The notes beneath the pieces were generated by a model. It saw only the letters and a program-made list of their open reading frames with translations. It was not told where the DNA came from and ran no database searches. From positions 49,828 to 113,827 of the forward strand of contig JAJYJS010000003.1 of NCBI GenBank assembly GCA_021789215.1: a stretch of 64,000 bases of DNA. Direction: 5' to 3'. This document shows positions 29,007 through 38,673 of this stretch, piece by piece. The translations under genes and the position numbers were made by a program. The stretch's first letter is position 1, and each line of letters starts with the position of its first letter. The DNA comes from Nitrospirota bacterium. GTDB taxonomy: Bacteria > Nitrospirota > Thermodesulfovibrionia > Thermodesulfovibrionales > JdFR-88.

Positions 29007-30233
29007 TCAGGAGATAATGCCCAGGGACTTGCCGACCTTGCTGAACGCGTTCAGGACGGTCTCAAGGTGCTCGTCGGTATGCGTGGCCATGTAGCTCGTC
29101 CTGATAAGGGCCTTGCCGTTTGGCACCGCGGGGCTCACCGCCACGTTTGCGAAAACGCCCTCTTCCTGGAGCATCATCGCCATCCTGAATGCGGTCTCGT
29201 TCTCGCCGACCATGACGGGGACTATGGGCGTTTCGGTGGGGCCTATCTCGAAGCCCATGTCCTTGAAGCCCTTTATCATCCGCCTGGTTATCTCCCGCAG
29301 GCGGACGAGCCTTTCGGGCTCGCGCTCGATAATGTCGAGGGCGGCGCTCACGGCCGCAACCGAGGCCGGAGGCGGGCTCGCGCTGAATATCAGCGCGCGC
29401 GCGAAGTGCTTTATATAGTGGATGGTGTTTTCGGAGCCGGCGATAAACCCGCCGATTGAGGCCAGAGACTTGGAATAGGTGCCCATTATGAGGTCCACCT
29501 CGTTTTCAAGCCCGAAGTGTTCCGCCGTACCGCGCCCGGTCTTGCCCAGCACGCCTATGCCGTGCGCGTCGTCCACCATCAGCCTCGCGCCGTACCTGTG
29601 GGTGACCTCCAGTATCCCGGGCAGCTTCGCTATGTCGCCTTCCATGCTGAAAACGCCGTCTATGACGACCAGGGCCGGGGTCCCGGCGCTCCCCGAAAGC
29701 ACGCGCTCAAGGTCGGCCACGTCGTTGTGCCTGAACTTCTTGACCTCCCCGTGCGAGAGCCTGCATCCGTCTATGATGCTGGCATGGTCCATCTTGTCTA
29801 TGACGACCATGTCGTCCTTGCCTATGAGGGAGGAGATTACGCCCAGGTTGACCTGGAAGCCGGTCGAGAAGACCAGGGCAGCCTCCTTCCGCATGAAACG
29901 GGCGAGTTTCTCCTCAAGCGCCACATGGATGTCCAGCGTCCCGTTAAGGAAACGGGACCCGGCGCACCCGGTGCCGTATTTCTTTACCGCCTCTATGGCG
30001 GCCTCCTTGACTTTAGGGTGATTGGTAAGCCCCAGGTAATTGTTTGAGCCCACCATTATCATGCGCTTTCCGTTCATGTACACCACGGGGTCCTGGGCGC
30101 TTTCTATCGTGCGGAAATAAGGATAAAGGCCGGCTTCCATGACCTCTCTGGCTTTAGTGAACCGTCTGCACTTCTCGAACAAGTCCTGGCGCTTTATAGC
30201 CATTGATGAATCCTGTACCAGTCTGCTGTCCAC
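29007..30233 (-). CDS. PLP-dependent alpha-oxoamine synthase (serine palmitoyltransferase / BioF / KBL family)
   Basis: [31 protein letters not shown] and [13 protein letters not shown] (PLP lysine) motifs. An alternative start at 30203 gives MAIKRQ. Confidence 0.85.
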   Translation of the reverse strand: MDSRLVQDSSMAIKRQDLFEKCRRFTKAREVMEAGLYPYFRTIESAQDPVVYMNGKRMIMVGSNNYLGLTNHPKVKEAAIEAVKKYGTGCAGSRFLNGTLDIHVALEEKLARFMRKEAALVFSTGFQVNLGVISSLIGKDDMVVIDKMDHASIIDGCRLSHGEVKKFRHNDVADLERVLSGSAGTPALVVIDGVFSMEGDIAKLPGILEVTHRYGARLMVDDAHGIGVLGKTGRGTAEHFGLENEVDLIMGTYSKSLASIGGFIAGSENTIHYIKHFARALIFSASPPPASVAAVSAALDIIEREPERLVRLREITRRMIKGFKDMGFEIGPTETPIVPVMVGENETAFRMAMMLQEEGVFANVAVSPAVPNGKALIRTSYMATHTDEHLETVLNAFSKVGKSLGIIS

Positions 30234-31180
30234 TTTATTCCTTCCTTTAAGGTGATTTTAGGCATAAAACCGATCTCCCTGCCTGCCCTGCGCGAATCGC
30301 AGGTCCAGTTGCTGTATTTGAGTTCCCGTATTTTATCACGGTTTATTATCCCTGAGCCTTTTTTGTCCAGCCTGGACACCCCCGCGATGACAGGCATCAT
30401 GAATTTCGGCACCGGTATCCTGACGGGCCTTTGCTGCTGTCTGCCCGGCGAAAACACCTCCGAAATGGCAAAGGCTATCTCCTTGTTCGTATACACCCTG
30501 CCGTCCGAGAGAAAAAAGACCTTCCCCGGCGCCTCCGGCGAGACGGCCGCCGCGATTATGCCGGAAACGAGGTCGTCCACATATATCAGGGAGAACCTGC
30601 TCTCCCCGAGATACGGGTAAACCCCTTTCTTCAGGTACCTGAACAGCTGATAGAAATCCCTGTCCCGCGGGCCGTATACGGCCGGGGGCCTGATTATGAC
30701 CACGGGCAGCCTGGCGGCGTACTCGAGGACCGCCTTCTCACCCATGAGCTTGCTTTTGCCGTATTCGGAGACGGGATGGGGCTCCTTCTCCTCCGTGACG
30801 GGGTTGCCGTTCATGGAAGGCCCCGCAGCCGAAAGGCTGCTCAGATACACGAACCTCATCAGGCCGGTCTTTCCCGCTTCCTCATCCGCCGCCTGTATGA
30901 GGTTCTCCGTCCCCTGTGCGTTGACCCTGAAAAAATCGTCCTCTGACCGGGCCTTGGTGAGCCCCGCCAGGTGGAATATCCAGTCCACCCCGCGGACGGC
31001 GGCCGAAAGGGATTGCCTGTCCTCGCAGTCCCCCTGGCACAGGCCCACATTCAGGCCCTCGAGCCAGCGCAGACCCGATGTCTTCCTTACCAGGCAACGC
31101 ACATTATGGCCCTGTTTCAGAAGCTCCGCCGCCAGATGGCTGCCGATGAACCCGGTAGCTCCCGTAACTAAGGCGTTCAT
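30194..31180 (-). CDS. NAD(P)-dependent extended SDR (epimerase/dehydratase-family reductase)
   Basis: [12 protein letters not shown] Rossmann motif and a YGKSK (YxxxK) catalytic motif. It overlaps the downstream alpha-oxoamine synthase gene. Confidence 0.85.
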   Translation of the reverse strand: MNALVTGATGFIGSHLAAELLKQGHNVRCLVRKTSGLRWLEGLNVGLCQGDCEDRQSLSAAVRGVDWIFHLAGLTKARSEDDFFRVNAQGTENLIQAADEEAGKTGLMRFVYLSSLSAAGPSMNGNPVTEEKEPHPVSEYGKSKLMGEKAVLEYAARLPVVIIRPPAVYGPRDRDFYQLFRYLKKGVYPYLGESRFSLIYVDDLVSGIIAAAVSPEAPGKVFFLSDGRVYTNKEIAFAISEVFSPGRQQQRPVRIPVPKFMMPVIAGVSRLDKKGSGIINRDKIRELKYSNWTCDSRRAGREIGFMPKITLKEGIKWTADWYRIHQWL

Positions 31181-31236
31181 AAGTGAATATTTTGAGGATT
31201 TATGACGAAACTGTCAACTTGAAAAGCAGGGCGCTC

Positions 31237-32070
31237 TTATTGTCCTTCAAGTCTCCTGATGCGCTCTTCGATGGGCGGATGCGTGCTAAAGAGGTTCATG
31301 AGGCTCCGGCCCCTGAACGGGTTCACTATGAACATATGCGCGGTGGCCGCGTTGGCCTGCATGGGGATGGCCTTGGAGGCGTAGCCCAGCTTCCTGAGCG
31401 CGTTTGAGAGGTATCGGGGGTTGCCCGCCAGTTCCGCCCCGCTGGAGTCCGCCGAATACTCCCTGGCCCTGGATATGGCCATCTGAATGATCAGCGCTAT
31501 TATCGGCGCGAGTATCATCATGAGGATGGCGCCAACCGGGTTGCCCTCGTCGCTGTCCCTCCTGCCCCCGCCGAATATCATCGCCCACTGGGCCATGTTC
31601 GCCAGATAGCTTATGGCCCCGGCGATAACGGCCGCCACGGAGCTTATGAGTATATCCCTGTGCTTTACATGGGAAAGTTCATGGCCGATAACGCCCGAAA
31701 GCTCTTCCGGGGTAAGCAGCCTCATTATGCCCTGGGTCACGGCCACGGCCGCGTGCCGGGGGTTCCTGCCCGTCGCGAACGCATTGGGCTGTTCCTGCGG
31801 GATTATGTAAACCCTGGGCATGGGCAGCCCGGCCTTCATCGACAGCCTCCTGACTATCCCGTACAGCTCCGGCGCCTCCGCCTCCGTAACCTCCTGGGCT
31901 CTGTACATCCTGAGCACCATCTTGTCGCTGAACCAGTAAGCGAACGCGTTCATGCCGAGCGCTATTATGAAGGCGAACGTCATCCCCTGCTGGCCGCCAA
32001 GCATCCTCCCCACAAAAACAAAGAACGCGGTCAGCCCCGCAAGGAGAACCGCGGTTTTAAATCCGTTCAT
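31237..32070 (-). CDS. htpX: Zinc metalloprotease HtpX (M48)
   Basis: 277-aa ORF with TM helices, the [10 protein letters not shown] zinc motif and a C-terminal [10 protein letters not shown]. Confidence 0.9.
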   Translation of the reverse strand: MNGFKTAVLLAGLTAFFVFVGRMLGGQQGMTFAFIIALGMNAFAYWFSDKMVLRMYRAQEVTEAEAPELYGIVRRLSMKAGLPMPRVYIIPQEQPNAFATGRNPRHAAVAVTQGIMRLLTPEELSGVIGHELSHVKHRDILISSVAAVIAGAISYLANMAQWAMIFGGGRRDSDEGNPVGAILMMILAPIIALIIQMAISRAREYSADSSGAELAGNPRYLSNALRKLGYASKAIPMQANAATAHMFIVNPFRGRSLMNLFSTHPPIEERIRRLEGQ

Positions 32071-32165
32071 TTTCTCTCAAGCCTCCTGTTATGAAGGCAA
32101 AAAACAACTTGTTTCTCCGCTTTTTTGCCTTCCATATTCTAGATTAACTCAGGGGGGAAGGATTT

Positions 32166-32519
32166 TCAAGACACGCCCGAGAGTATTTTCTCCAGTTCCT
32201 CGAGCCTGAAGGGCTTTCTGAGGACCATTATGCCCTCGCCCTTGTATTTTTCGGCCAGTTCCTGCGTAACGTAGGCCGAGCAAATCACCACTTTTGGGAC
32301 CTTGCGGTCAGTGATTTCACCCAATCTGCTTATCAAGGTGGAGCCATCTTCCTCAGGCATTCTCAGGTCAGTGAACATTAAGTCGAACTCCCCGCCGCCC
32401 AGCGCGGAGAGCGCTTCCTTACCGCTCGAAACAGATATTACCTTATGTCCCCAGCGCGTCAGGGCCCTCTCAAGAAACCATCTTACGAGCTGCTCGTCAT
32501 CGACGATAAGGATATTCAT
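32166..32519 (-). CDS. Single-domain response regulator (CheY-like receiver)
   Basis: MNILIVDDEQLV...FDLMFTDLRMPEEDG...LRKPF, a receiver domain only. Confidence 0.85.
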   Translation of the reverse strand: MNILIVDDEQLVRWFLERALTRWGHKVISVSSGKEALSALGGGEFDLMFTDLRMPEEDGSTLISRLGEITDRKVPKVVICSAYVTQELAEKYKGEGIMVLRKPFRLEELEKILSGVS

Positions 32520-32564
32520 GGCATCCCCCTCGGCAATTCTAAAGCAAAAAACATGCCAATAAGA

Positions 32565-33959
32565 CTAGGCCTCTTTTTCGGGCAGGAAGCCGAACTTCAG
32601 CATCCTGTACCGGAGGGTGTCCCTGGTAAGATTGAGCAGCCTGGCCGCCTTGGTCTGGTTGCCCTTGGTGTTGTCCAGCGCCTGTCTTATCAATTCCTTT
32701 TCGACCTCTTCTATGTCAAGGCCGCTTATGGGCAGTTTTATGTCCACGAGTTTCTGCCCGCCGAACTTGAGCTCCTTGTCGCAGAGCTCCATCGGCAGGT
32801 GCTCCGGGAGGATAAGCTCCTCGTTTTCCAGTATCATGGCCCTCTCTATCACGTTCTTTATCTCTCTTACGTTTCCAGGCCAGTGGTAATCCATGAAGAG
32901 CTTTTCGGTCTCCCTGGCGAGGCCCTTGACGCTTTTCCTGAACTCGCGGTTGAAGACGTCTATGAAATATTTGGCCAGCAGGAGGATATCTTCCTTTCTT
33001 TCCCTGAGCGGGGGGAGGCTTATGGGGATGACCTTGAGCCTGTAGTACAGGTCTTCCCTGAAATTGCTGTTTTTGACCTCCTCCTCAAGCACCTTGTTCG
33101 TGGCCGCCACTATGCGGAGGTCCACGTCTATGTCCTTTATGCCGCCCACCCTCTTGAAGGACTTGTTCTCGATCACCTTGAGCAGCTTGGCCTGGGTGCT
33201 CAGCTTCATGTCGGCTATTTCATCCAGGTATATGGTGCCGCTGTCGGCAAGCTCGAAGAGCCCCTTCTTCATGCTCTTTGCGTCCGTGAAGGCGCCTTTT
33301 TCGTACCCGAAAAGCTCGCTTTCTATCAGGGTTTCAGGCAGCGCCGTGCAGTTTATCTCTATGAAGGGCTTTTCAAGACGCGCGCTCTGGTAATGTATGA
33401 CCTTTGCCACCAGGTCCTTGCCGGTGCCGCTTTCGCCTTGCAGGAGGACCGTCGAGGCGTCGCTCCTGGCGACCTTTTCTATCAGCTCGAATATCTTCTT
33501 CATCGCCGGGGACTGGCCGATGATGCTGTCGAAGCCGTACTTGGAGCTGAGCTGGGAGCGGAACTGCGAGACCTCTTTTCTGAGGGAGCAGGTCTCAAGC
33601 GCCTTGTCGAGGATGATCTTGAGCTTGTCCATGTTGAAGGGCTTTTCCACGAAGTCGTAGGCGCCAAGCTTTATTGTCTTCACCGCGGTCTGGACGTCGC
33701 CGAAGGCCGTTATCATTATGACGATGGCGTCCTTGTTCATCTCCTTTATGCCTTCCAGCACGGTGATGCCGGAGATGTCGGGGAGGTGGATGTCCAGCAG
33801 GGTTATGTCGGGCGAGTCCTCCTTGAAGAAGGAAAGGCCCTCAAGCCCTTTTTCGGATGTGATGACGGAATACCCGTCCTTGGAGAGGTTCTGTTCGAGC
33901 GACCACCTGAGTAGCTTCTCATCGTCTATGACGAGTACTTTTGCCTTAGCCATGTTCAT
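32565..33959 (-). CDS. Sigma54-dependent response regulator (NtrC family)
   Basis: Receiver domain (VLVIDDE...LLDIHLPD), AAA+ domain with GESGTGKD and a GAFTDA loop (GAFTGA variant), and a C-terminal Fis-type HTH (KAARLLNLTRDTLRYRMLKFG). Confidence 0.9.
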   Translation of the reverse strand: MNMAKAKVLVIDDEKLLRWSLEQNLSKDGYSVITSEKGLEGLSFFKEDSPDITLLDIHLPDISGITVLEGIKEMNKDAIVIMITAFGDVQTAVKTIKLGAYDFVEKPFNMDKLKIILDKALETCSLRKEVSQFRSQLSSKYGFDSIIGQSPAMKKIFELIEKVARSDASTVLLQGESGTGKDLVAKVIHYQSARLEKPFIEINCTALPETLIESELFGYEKGAFTDAKSMKKGLFELADSGTIYLDEIADMKLSTQAKLLKVIENKSFKRVGGIKDIDVDLRIVAATNKVLEEEVKNSNFREDLYYRLKVIPISLPPLRERKEDILLLAKYFIDVFNREFRKSVKGLARETEKLFMDYHWPGNVREIKNVIERAMILENEELILPEHLPMELCDKELKFGGQKLVDIKLPISGLDIEEVEKELIRQALDNTKGNQTKAARLLNLTRDTLRYRMLKFGFLPEKEA

Positions 33960-35382
33960 TCAATAATGACTGATATGGAATTATAACACGAAAGGTGCAT
34001 CCCAAACCCGGCCGGTTGTCAACCTCTATGCTGCCCCCGTGCCGCTCCACTATGCCCTTGCTGATGGCAAGCCCGAGCCCCGTCCCGGAGTGCTTCGTCG
34101 TGAAGAACGGCTTGAAGATGTTATCGTACGCATCAGGCGAAATGCCCATGCCCGTGTCGGTCAGCGAGACCCTTACGCCGTAGTCGTCCGCATTGGCGTC
34201 TATGCTCAGGATGCCCCCGCCGGGCATGGAATGCAGGGCATTGAGCATTATGTTCAGAAAGACCTGCTGCATCTGTTCGGGGTCCACCTCCACAGGCACA
34301 AGGCTGTTTGCCGCGGGCATCCTTATCTCGACGCCCTGGACCTCCGCCTGCTTGCTTATAAGCCTGAGAGCGCGCTCCAGGACCGGGATGATGTCCGTTT
34401 TCACCAGCCTCAGCGCGGCCGGACGCGCGAAGGTGAGCAGGTTTCTTATGGACTGGTCAAGCCGGTCTATCTCTCTCAGTATCTCCTTTATTATTTCCCT
34501 TCTCGTGTCGTTCGGCGGGATGTCTTCCGCAAACACCTGTATGGCCCCGCTGATGCCGGCCAGCGGGTTTTTTATCTCGTGCGCCACGGCTGCGGCAAGC
34601 TCCCCCAGGGAGGCCATCTTCTCCATCTTCTTCACGGTATCCAGGTGACAGGTCTCCAGGTCCCTCCTTATCTCCTCGAAACGGGAAAAGGCCCTGTTCA
34701 GCCCGCCGGAGAGCGTCCTGAACTCTCCGGGGCCCTCATCCCTGAACCTTACGCTGAAGTCCCCGCTGGAGGCCCTGCCGGCCGCCTTCGAAAGGGACAG
34801 GAGGGGCCTCATTACAAACCGTCTGTAAAACATCCAGAACGGGACAAAAAGCAGCAGGAAGCTTGCGAAGAATGAAACGGCAAGGTTTGTCCTCAGGGCT
34901 GAGAGCCTGTTCAGGTTCTCCCTGCCGGACAGTCCGATATTAAGGACGGAGAGCGTCCCGTCCTCCCTGCCGTGGCACCTCTGGCAGGGCTTCCCGTTAT
35001 ACAGGGGCGTGAAAAGGGACACCGGCAGGCCGGTCCTGCGGCTGTAATAAAACCTCGTCTCATCGGGCGATACCTTTATGATGGAGTTTATTTCGGAAGG
35101 GTTGGCGGACGCCCTGATGATGCCGTCAGGGCCGATGAGCCTCATCGCGGAGACCTCGTCAGTCAGCTGGCTGGCTATGTAGCCGCCCGATTCGCCGCCC
35201 TTGCCTTCCAGCATGAGGCTGATGAGGCCGTTCTTGACTATCTCGGCGGTGAACTTCAGCCTGCCCGCGTTTTCCCTGGCCTGGTCCTCCTTGAGGACCA
35301 GGTACTGCCTGTAATGGACCGCTCCCAGGACTGCCAGGAGCACTCCGGCCAGGACAAGCGAATGCCTGAGTTGAAGGCCCAC
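33946..35382 (-). CDS. Sensor histidine kinase with periplasmic CXXCH (c-type heme) sensor domain
   Basis: TM1, an approximately 140-aa periplasmic domain containing PCQRCHG, TM2, a HAMP-like linker, an H-box (AVAHEIKNPL), then NIMLNALHSM, DTGMGI and GTGLGLAISKGIV. It overlaps the NtrC gene by 14 nt. Confidence 0.85.
   Translation of the reverse strand: MGLQLRHSLVLAGVLLAVLGAVHYRQYLVLKEDQARENAGRLKFTAEIVKNGLISLMLEGKGGESGGYIASQLTDEVSAMRLIGPDGIIRASANPSEINSIIKVSPDETRFYYSRRTGLPVSLFTPLYNGKPCQRCHGREDGTLSVLNIGLSGRENLNRLSALRTNLAVSFFASFLLLFVPFWMFYRRFVMRPLLSLSKAAGRASSGDFSVRFRDEGPGEFRTLSGGLNRAFSRFEEIRRDLETCHLDTVKKMEKMASLGELAAAVAHEIKNPLAGISGAIQVFAEDIPPNDTRREIIKEILREIDRLDQSIRNLLTFARPAALRLVKTDIIPVLERALRLISKQAEVQGVEIRMPAANSLVPVEVDPEQMQQVFLNIMLNALHSMPGGGILSIDANADDYGVRVSLTDTGMGISPDAYDNIFKPFFTTKHSGTGLGLAISKGIVERHGGSIEVDNRPGLGCTFRVIIPYQSLLNEHG
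34972..34986 (-). other. CXXCH heme c attachment motif (CQRCH) inside the kinase periplasmic domain
   Basis: The reverse complement of 34972-34986 is tgccagaggtgccac, which encodes C-Q-R-C-H. It lies between the two TM helices. Confidence 0.7.
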
Positions 35383-35401
35383 GGGGCCGCGCTCCTTCTT
35401 G

Positions 35402-36484
35402 CTATTGGCTTCCGTAAGAATGCAGGCCGCTCAGGAGCAGATTGACCCCCAGGTACGTGAATATGACCGCCACGAACCCGAACACGGCGACAACCGAGAT
35501 CTTGTGCCCCCTCCATCCCCTGAGAAGACGCGCGTGCAGATAGAACGCGTAAACGAACCACGTGATAAGGGACCAGGTCTCCTTGGGATCCCAGCTCCAG
35601 TAAACGCCCCACGCCTGGTCGGCCCAGATTGCGCCGAATATGAGCCCGCCCAGCGTGAATATCGGGAACCCGACCGCTATGCTCTTGTAGGTTATCTCGT
35701 CGAGCATCACGGGGGAGAGCTTGAACGTCTCGATTACGCCTTTCAGCCTGGAGCCGCTCAGCCACACGAGGAAAACAAGCAGCGCCGTCCCGGCGTAGCT
35801 CATCAACTGGACAAACCCTGAGCTGTTCCTGAACGTGCTCTTGAAGAGATAGCTCTTTATGAACGCGTCGGGCTTCATCCCGACCCCGTATCTAACCCAG
35901 TCTATACCCATGGCCAGGAGGACGGCCGCGAATATGCCAAGGGCCGCGGTCCAGAATATGTAGGAGCCTTCATTGCGCTTGTCCGTGGAGGATATCAGAT
36001 ACATGAGCGCCGTGCTGAAGGAAAGCGCGAACATCGAATACGAAATGAAGCTCATCATCACGTGCGCCAGCAGCCAGTTGCTCTGGAGCGCGGGCACCAG
36101 CGGCTGTATCCCCGTGGACATGCCCGAAAGGTTTATGAACGCGAGCGCCAGGACCGCTATGGGCGTCACGAACGCGCCGAAGGAGCGGTTCTTGTATTTG
36201 AACTCTATTATGAGATAGCCCAATATCAGGCACCAGACAAAAAATATCAGGGATTCGTAAAGGTTGGTGAGCGGGACCGAACGCAGGATCCCCATCCCCG
36301 AAAGCTGATAAAATTCCTTCCACCGGAGCAGTATCGCCACCGTCTGGGAGGCAAAGCCGAATATCGTGATGCCCGTCGCGGACAGCCCAATGCCGTTTTT
36401 CCTGAAGGCGATATAGCTCACATAAGCCACCATCGCCAGGATATATGCCACAGTGGAAAGGCCGAAAAACAACGAGCTTTCCAT
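35402..36484 (-). CDS. ccsA: Cytochrome c biogenesis protein CcsA/ResC (System II heme handling)
   Basis: Polytopic protein with the WWD motif region WGVYWSWDPKETWSLITW. The TAATG junction overlaps the resB stop by 1 nt. Confidence 0.9.
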   Translation of the reverse strand: MESSLFFGLSTVAYILAMVAYVSYIAFRKNGIGLSATGITIFGFASQTVAILLRWKEFYQLSGMGILRSVPLTNLYESLIFFVWCLILGYLIIEFKYKNRSFGAFVTPIAVLALAFINLSGMSTGIQPLVPALQSNWLLAHVMMSFISYSMFALSFSTALMYLISSTDKRNEGSYIFWTAALGIFAAVLLAMGIDWVRYGVGMKPDAFIKSYLFKSTFRNSSGFVQLMSYAGTALLVFLVWLSGSRLKGVIETFKLSPVMLDEITYKSIAVGFPIFTLGGLIFGAIWADQAWGVYWSWDPKETWSLITWFVYAFYLHARLLRGWRGHKISVVAVFGFVAVIFTYLGVNLLLSGLHSYGSQ

Positions 36485-38052
36485 TATTTGCTTACCTCCT
36501 TGGTGAGAAGTGCGGTTTTTAGTTGTTCTATCTGCCTTTCGAAGGCGCTCTTGTTCTTGTTCGACGATGCCGCCACCGTGATCCTCGAACCGCCTTTATC
36601 CTGTGCCACCCTGACCCATATCTTCCTGTGGCTTACGAAAAACGCCACGAAAAGCCCGAGAGCAAGCGTTATGCACCCGAAATAGACCACCCATACCCCC
36701 GGGTCTTTCCTGGCCTGCACCCCCGTGTACCTGACGCCCCAGAAATCGGTGAGCCCCACTATGTTGCCGTCCGGGAGCTGCCAGGATTCCGGATACCGTT
36801 TGGCTATCCATTTGGTCGCCGTCCTGCCGTCGGGGAATTTCAGCGACACCTTTATGGCCGGGTTGGTCATCATCGGGGAGTAGGTGTACGGGTTTCCGGC
36901 CTCGTCAAAGTTGAGGGCCGGGTTGAACTCGTCAATCTTGCCGGTTATGCCCGTGCCGGGTATCGTGAAGCTGTCTCCCACCTTGAGCCGTTCAACATCG
37001 CTCGCGCCTTTTGCGGACTTCAGCTCAAGCACGGCCACGCCGCCCGAGGTGTCCGGCAGCACGCCGTAGCTGGACTGGTAAAAGGTGACGCCCTTGTATT
37101 TGAGCGGCTCGTTCACCTCTATCCATTTGCTGAGGACGGGCTTGCCGCCGTCAAAAACCGTGAGATGGCTCTTGTAGGCCTTGGGCATATCGCTGTTCGG
37201 ATAATAATCGACATCGAACTGGTCGCATCTGACGGCAAAGCCAAGCGGCACGATGCCCAGGTGCCTGAGCCTGCGGGTGAGCGCAGGCACGCTCACGCCA
37301 AGTTCCTTCGCAACCTGTCCCACGTCGCCCTGCGCGCTGTCCATGATGTCCAGCAGCTTGTTTCTCTCGTCGAATTCCGCCTGGGACGATATCCCCGTAT
37401 TGGCATATACAAGGTTGGTCGCAAGGCCCTCGGGTATGTTCACAAAACCCTTGAACCCGAAGAAGATGCCTATCACCGCGCCAAGCATGATTACCACTAT
37501 GCTGAAGTGGGTTATATACACGCCGAGCCTGCTCCAGGCGTGCTTCTGCGCGTAGAACTGGAAGCCCCCTTCCTCGTCCTCCCGTGCGGCGTTAAACCCG
37601 ATGCCCCTGATCGAGGACAGGACGCTTTCACGGAGCGCCGCGGGTTTTGCCTTTACCGCAAGCTCGGCCTTTATGGGCATGTTCCTGAACGCATCCGGCG
37701 GCAGGGGCCTTACCGGCGTCCTCACGACGCGCCAGATGCCGGGGAACCTGTCAATCGAGCAGATAATCAGGTTTACAGCGAAGAGGACCAGGAGGAGCAG
37801 GAACCACCACGAGCGGTACATGTTCATGAAGCCAAGCGTATCCAGGACCTTGTAGGCGGTGGGCGCAAGCCCGTCGCCAAAGATGCTCCCAAGCACCTTG
37901 AGGTTCTTTTCCGGGGCAGCCTGCTGCTCTACAACCGTGCCGACAATGGAGGTCAGGGCTATGAGCGAAAATACGATTATCGCCAGTTTGATGGAAGCAA
38001 GAAAAGACCATATCCTGTCGGACAGGCTTTTTTGCTTTTGCTGGTTCTCCAA
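36484..38052 (-). CDS. resB: Cytochrome c biogenesis protein ResB/CcsB (System II)
   Basis: 522-aa ORF with ResB topology: two N-terminal TM helices, a third TM helix, a large periplasmic domain and a C-terminal TM helix. It sits immediately upstream of ccsA. Confidence 0.85.
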   Translation of the reverse strand: MENQQKQKSLSDRIWSFLASIKLAIIVFSLIALTSIVGTVVEQQAAPEKNLKVLGSIFGDGLAPTAYKVLDTLGFMNMYRSWWFLLLLVLFAVNLIICSIDRFPGIWRVVRTPVRPLPPDAFRNMPIKAELAVKAKPAALRESVLSSIRGIGFNAAREDEEGGFQFYAQKHAWSRLGVYITHFSIVVIMLGAVIGIFFGFKGFVNIPEGLATNLVYANTGISSQAEFDERNKLLDIMDSAQGDVGQVAKELGVSVPALTRRLRHLGIVPLGFAVRCDQFDVDYYPNSDMPKAYKSHLTVFDGGKPVLSKWIEVNEPLKYKGVTFYQSSYGVLPDTSGGVAVLELKSAKGASDVERLKVGDSFTIPGTGITGKIDEFNPALNFDEAGNPYTYSPMMTNPAIKVSLKFPDGRTATKWIAKRYPESWQLPDGNIVGLTDFWGVRYTGVQARKDPGVWVVYFGCITLALGLFVAFFVSHRKIWVRVAQDKGGSRITVAASSNKNKSAFERQIEQLKTALLTKEVSK

Positions 38053-38130
38053 AATGCACTCCTTTCGGGCTGAAAAAACTCCCCTCCGAAACCAATAATT
38101 ATGATAATATTTTTATTTTCCAAATAGCAA

Positions 38131-38673
38131 TTAACGCAGCTCGCATGACGCGGACGGCCGCCCGCCGCGGGATTTTCCCCTGGACGGCTTTCCTTCAGTC
38201 AAAACCACGGGCCTGTCGCGCTCCGCGTCCACTATGCAGAAAAACCCGAACGGAGCATCTCCGGGGTTTAACAGCTGGTGCGGCTGGCCGGGAGCTATAT
38301 ATATGGCGTCCATCGGGCCGACCTCGTACCTTTTTTTTCCAAGCCGCACCTCGCCCGTCCCGTTGGCCACGATAACCACATGCTCGTGCGCGTGGGTCTC
38401 GAAACTGGTAAACCCGCCGGGGGCCAGCTCGAAATACCTCAGGTGGAATTTTGTCCGCTCCCCCTTCCCGCCCGCCACAAGCAGGTGCCTTGAGGCGCTT
38501 GCCCAGTGCTCGCCCTTCCCGGCCAGCTTGTACCTAGCGGGCCTTACACCCCTCCAGGAGAAATCCCCCCTGTGCCGGATTACCCTGCTCGCCGGGTTTT
38601 TTGTTTTTCCGCCTTTTTCGCCTTTATTTTTGTTTTCCATGCCTCTTTTCATGTGCCGAAGATTATAACGCAT
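38131..38673 (-). CDS. Cupin-domain protein
   Basis: FETHAHEHVVIVANGTGEV...IYIAPGQPHQL is a two-motif cupin signature. The Lys/Gly-rich N-terminus makes the start uncertain. Confidence 0.7.
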   Translation of the reverse strand: MRYNLRHMKRGMENKNKGEKGGKTKNPASRVIRHRGDFSWRGVRPARYKLAGKGEHWASASRHLLVAGGKGERTKFHLRYFELAPGGFTSFETHAHEHVVIVANGTGEVRLGKKRYEVGPMDAIYIAPGQPHQLLNPGDAPFGFFCIVDAERDRPVVLTEGKPSRGKSRGGRPSASCELR

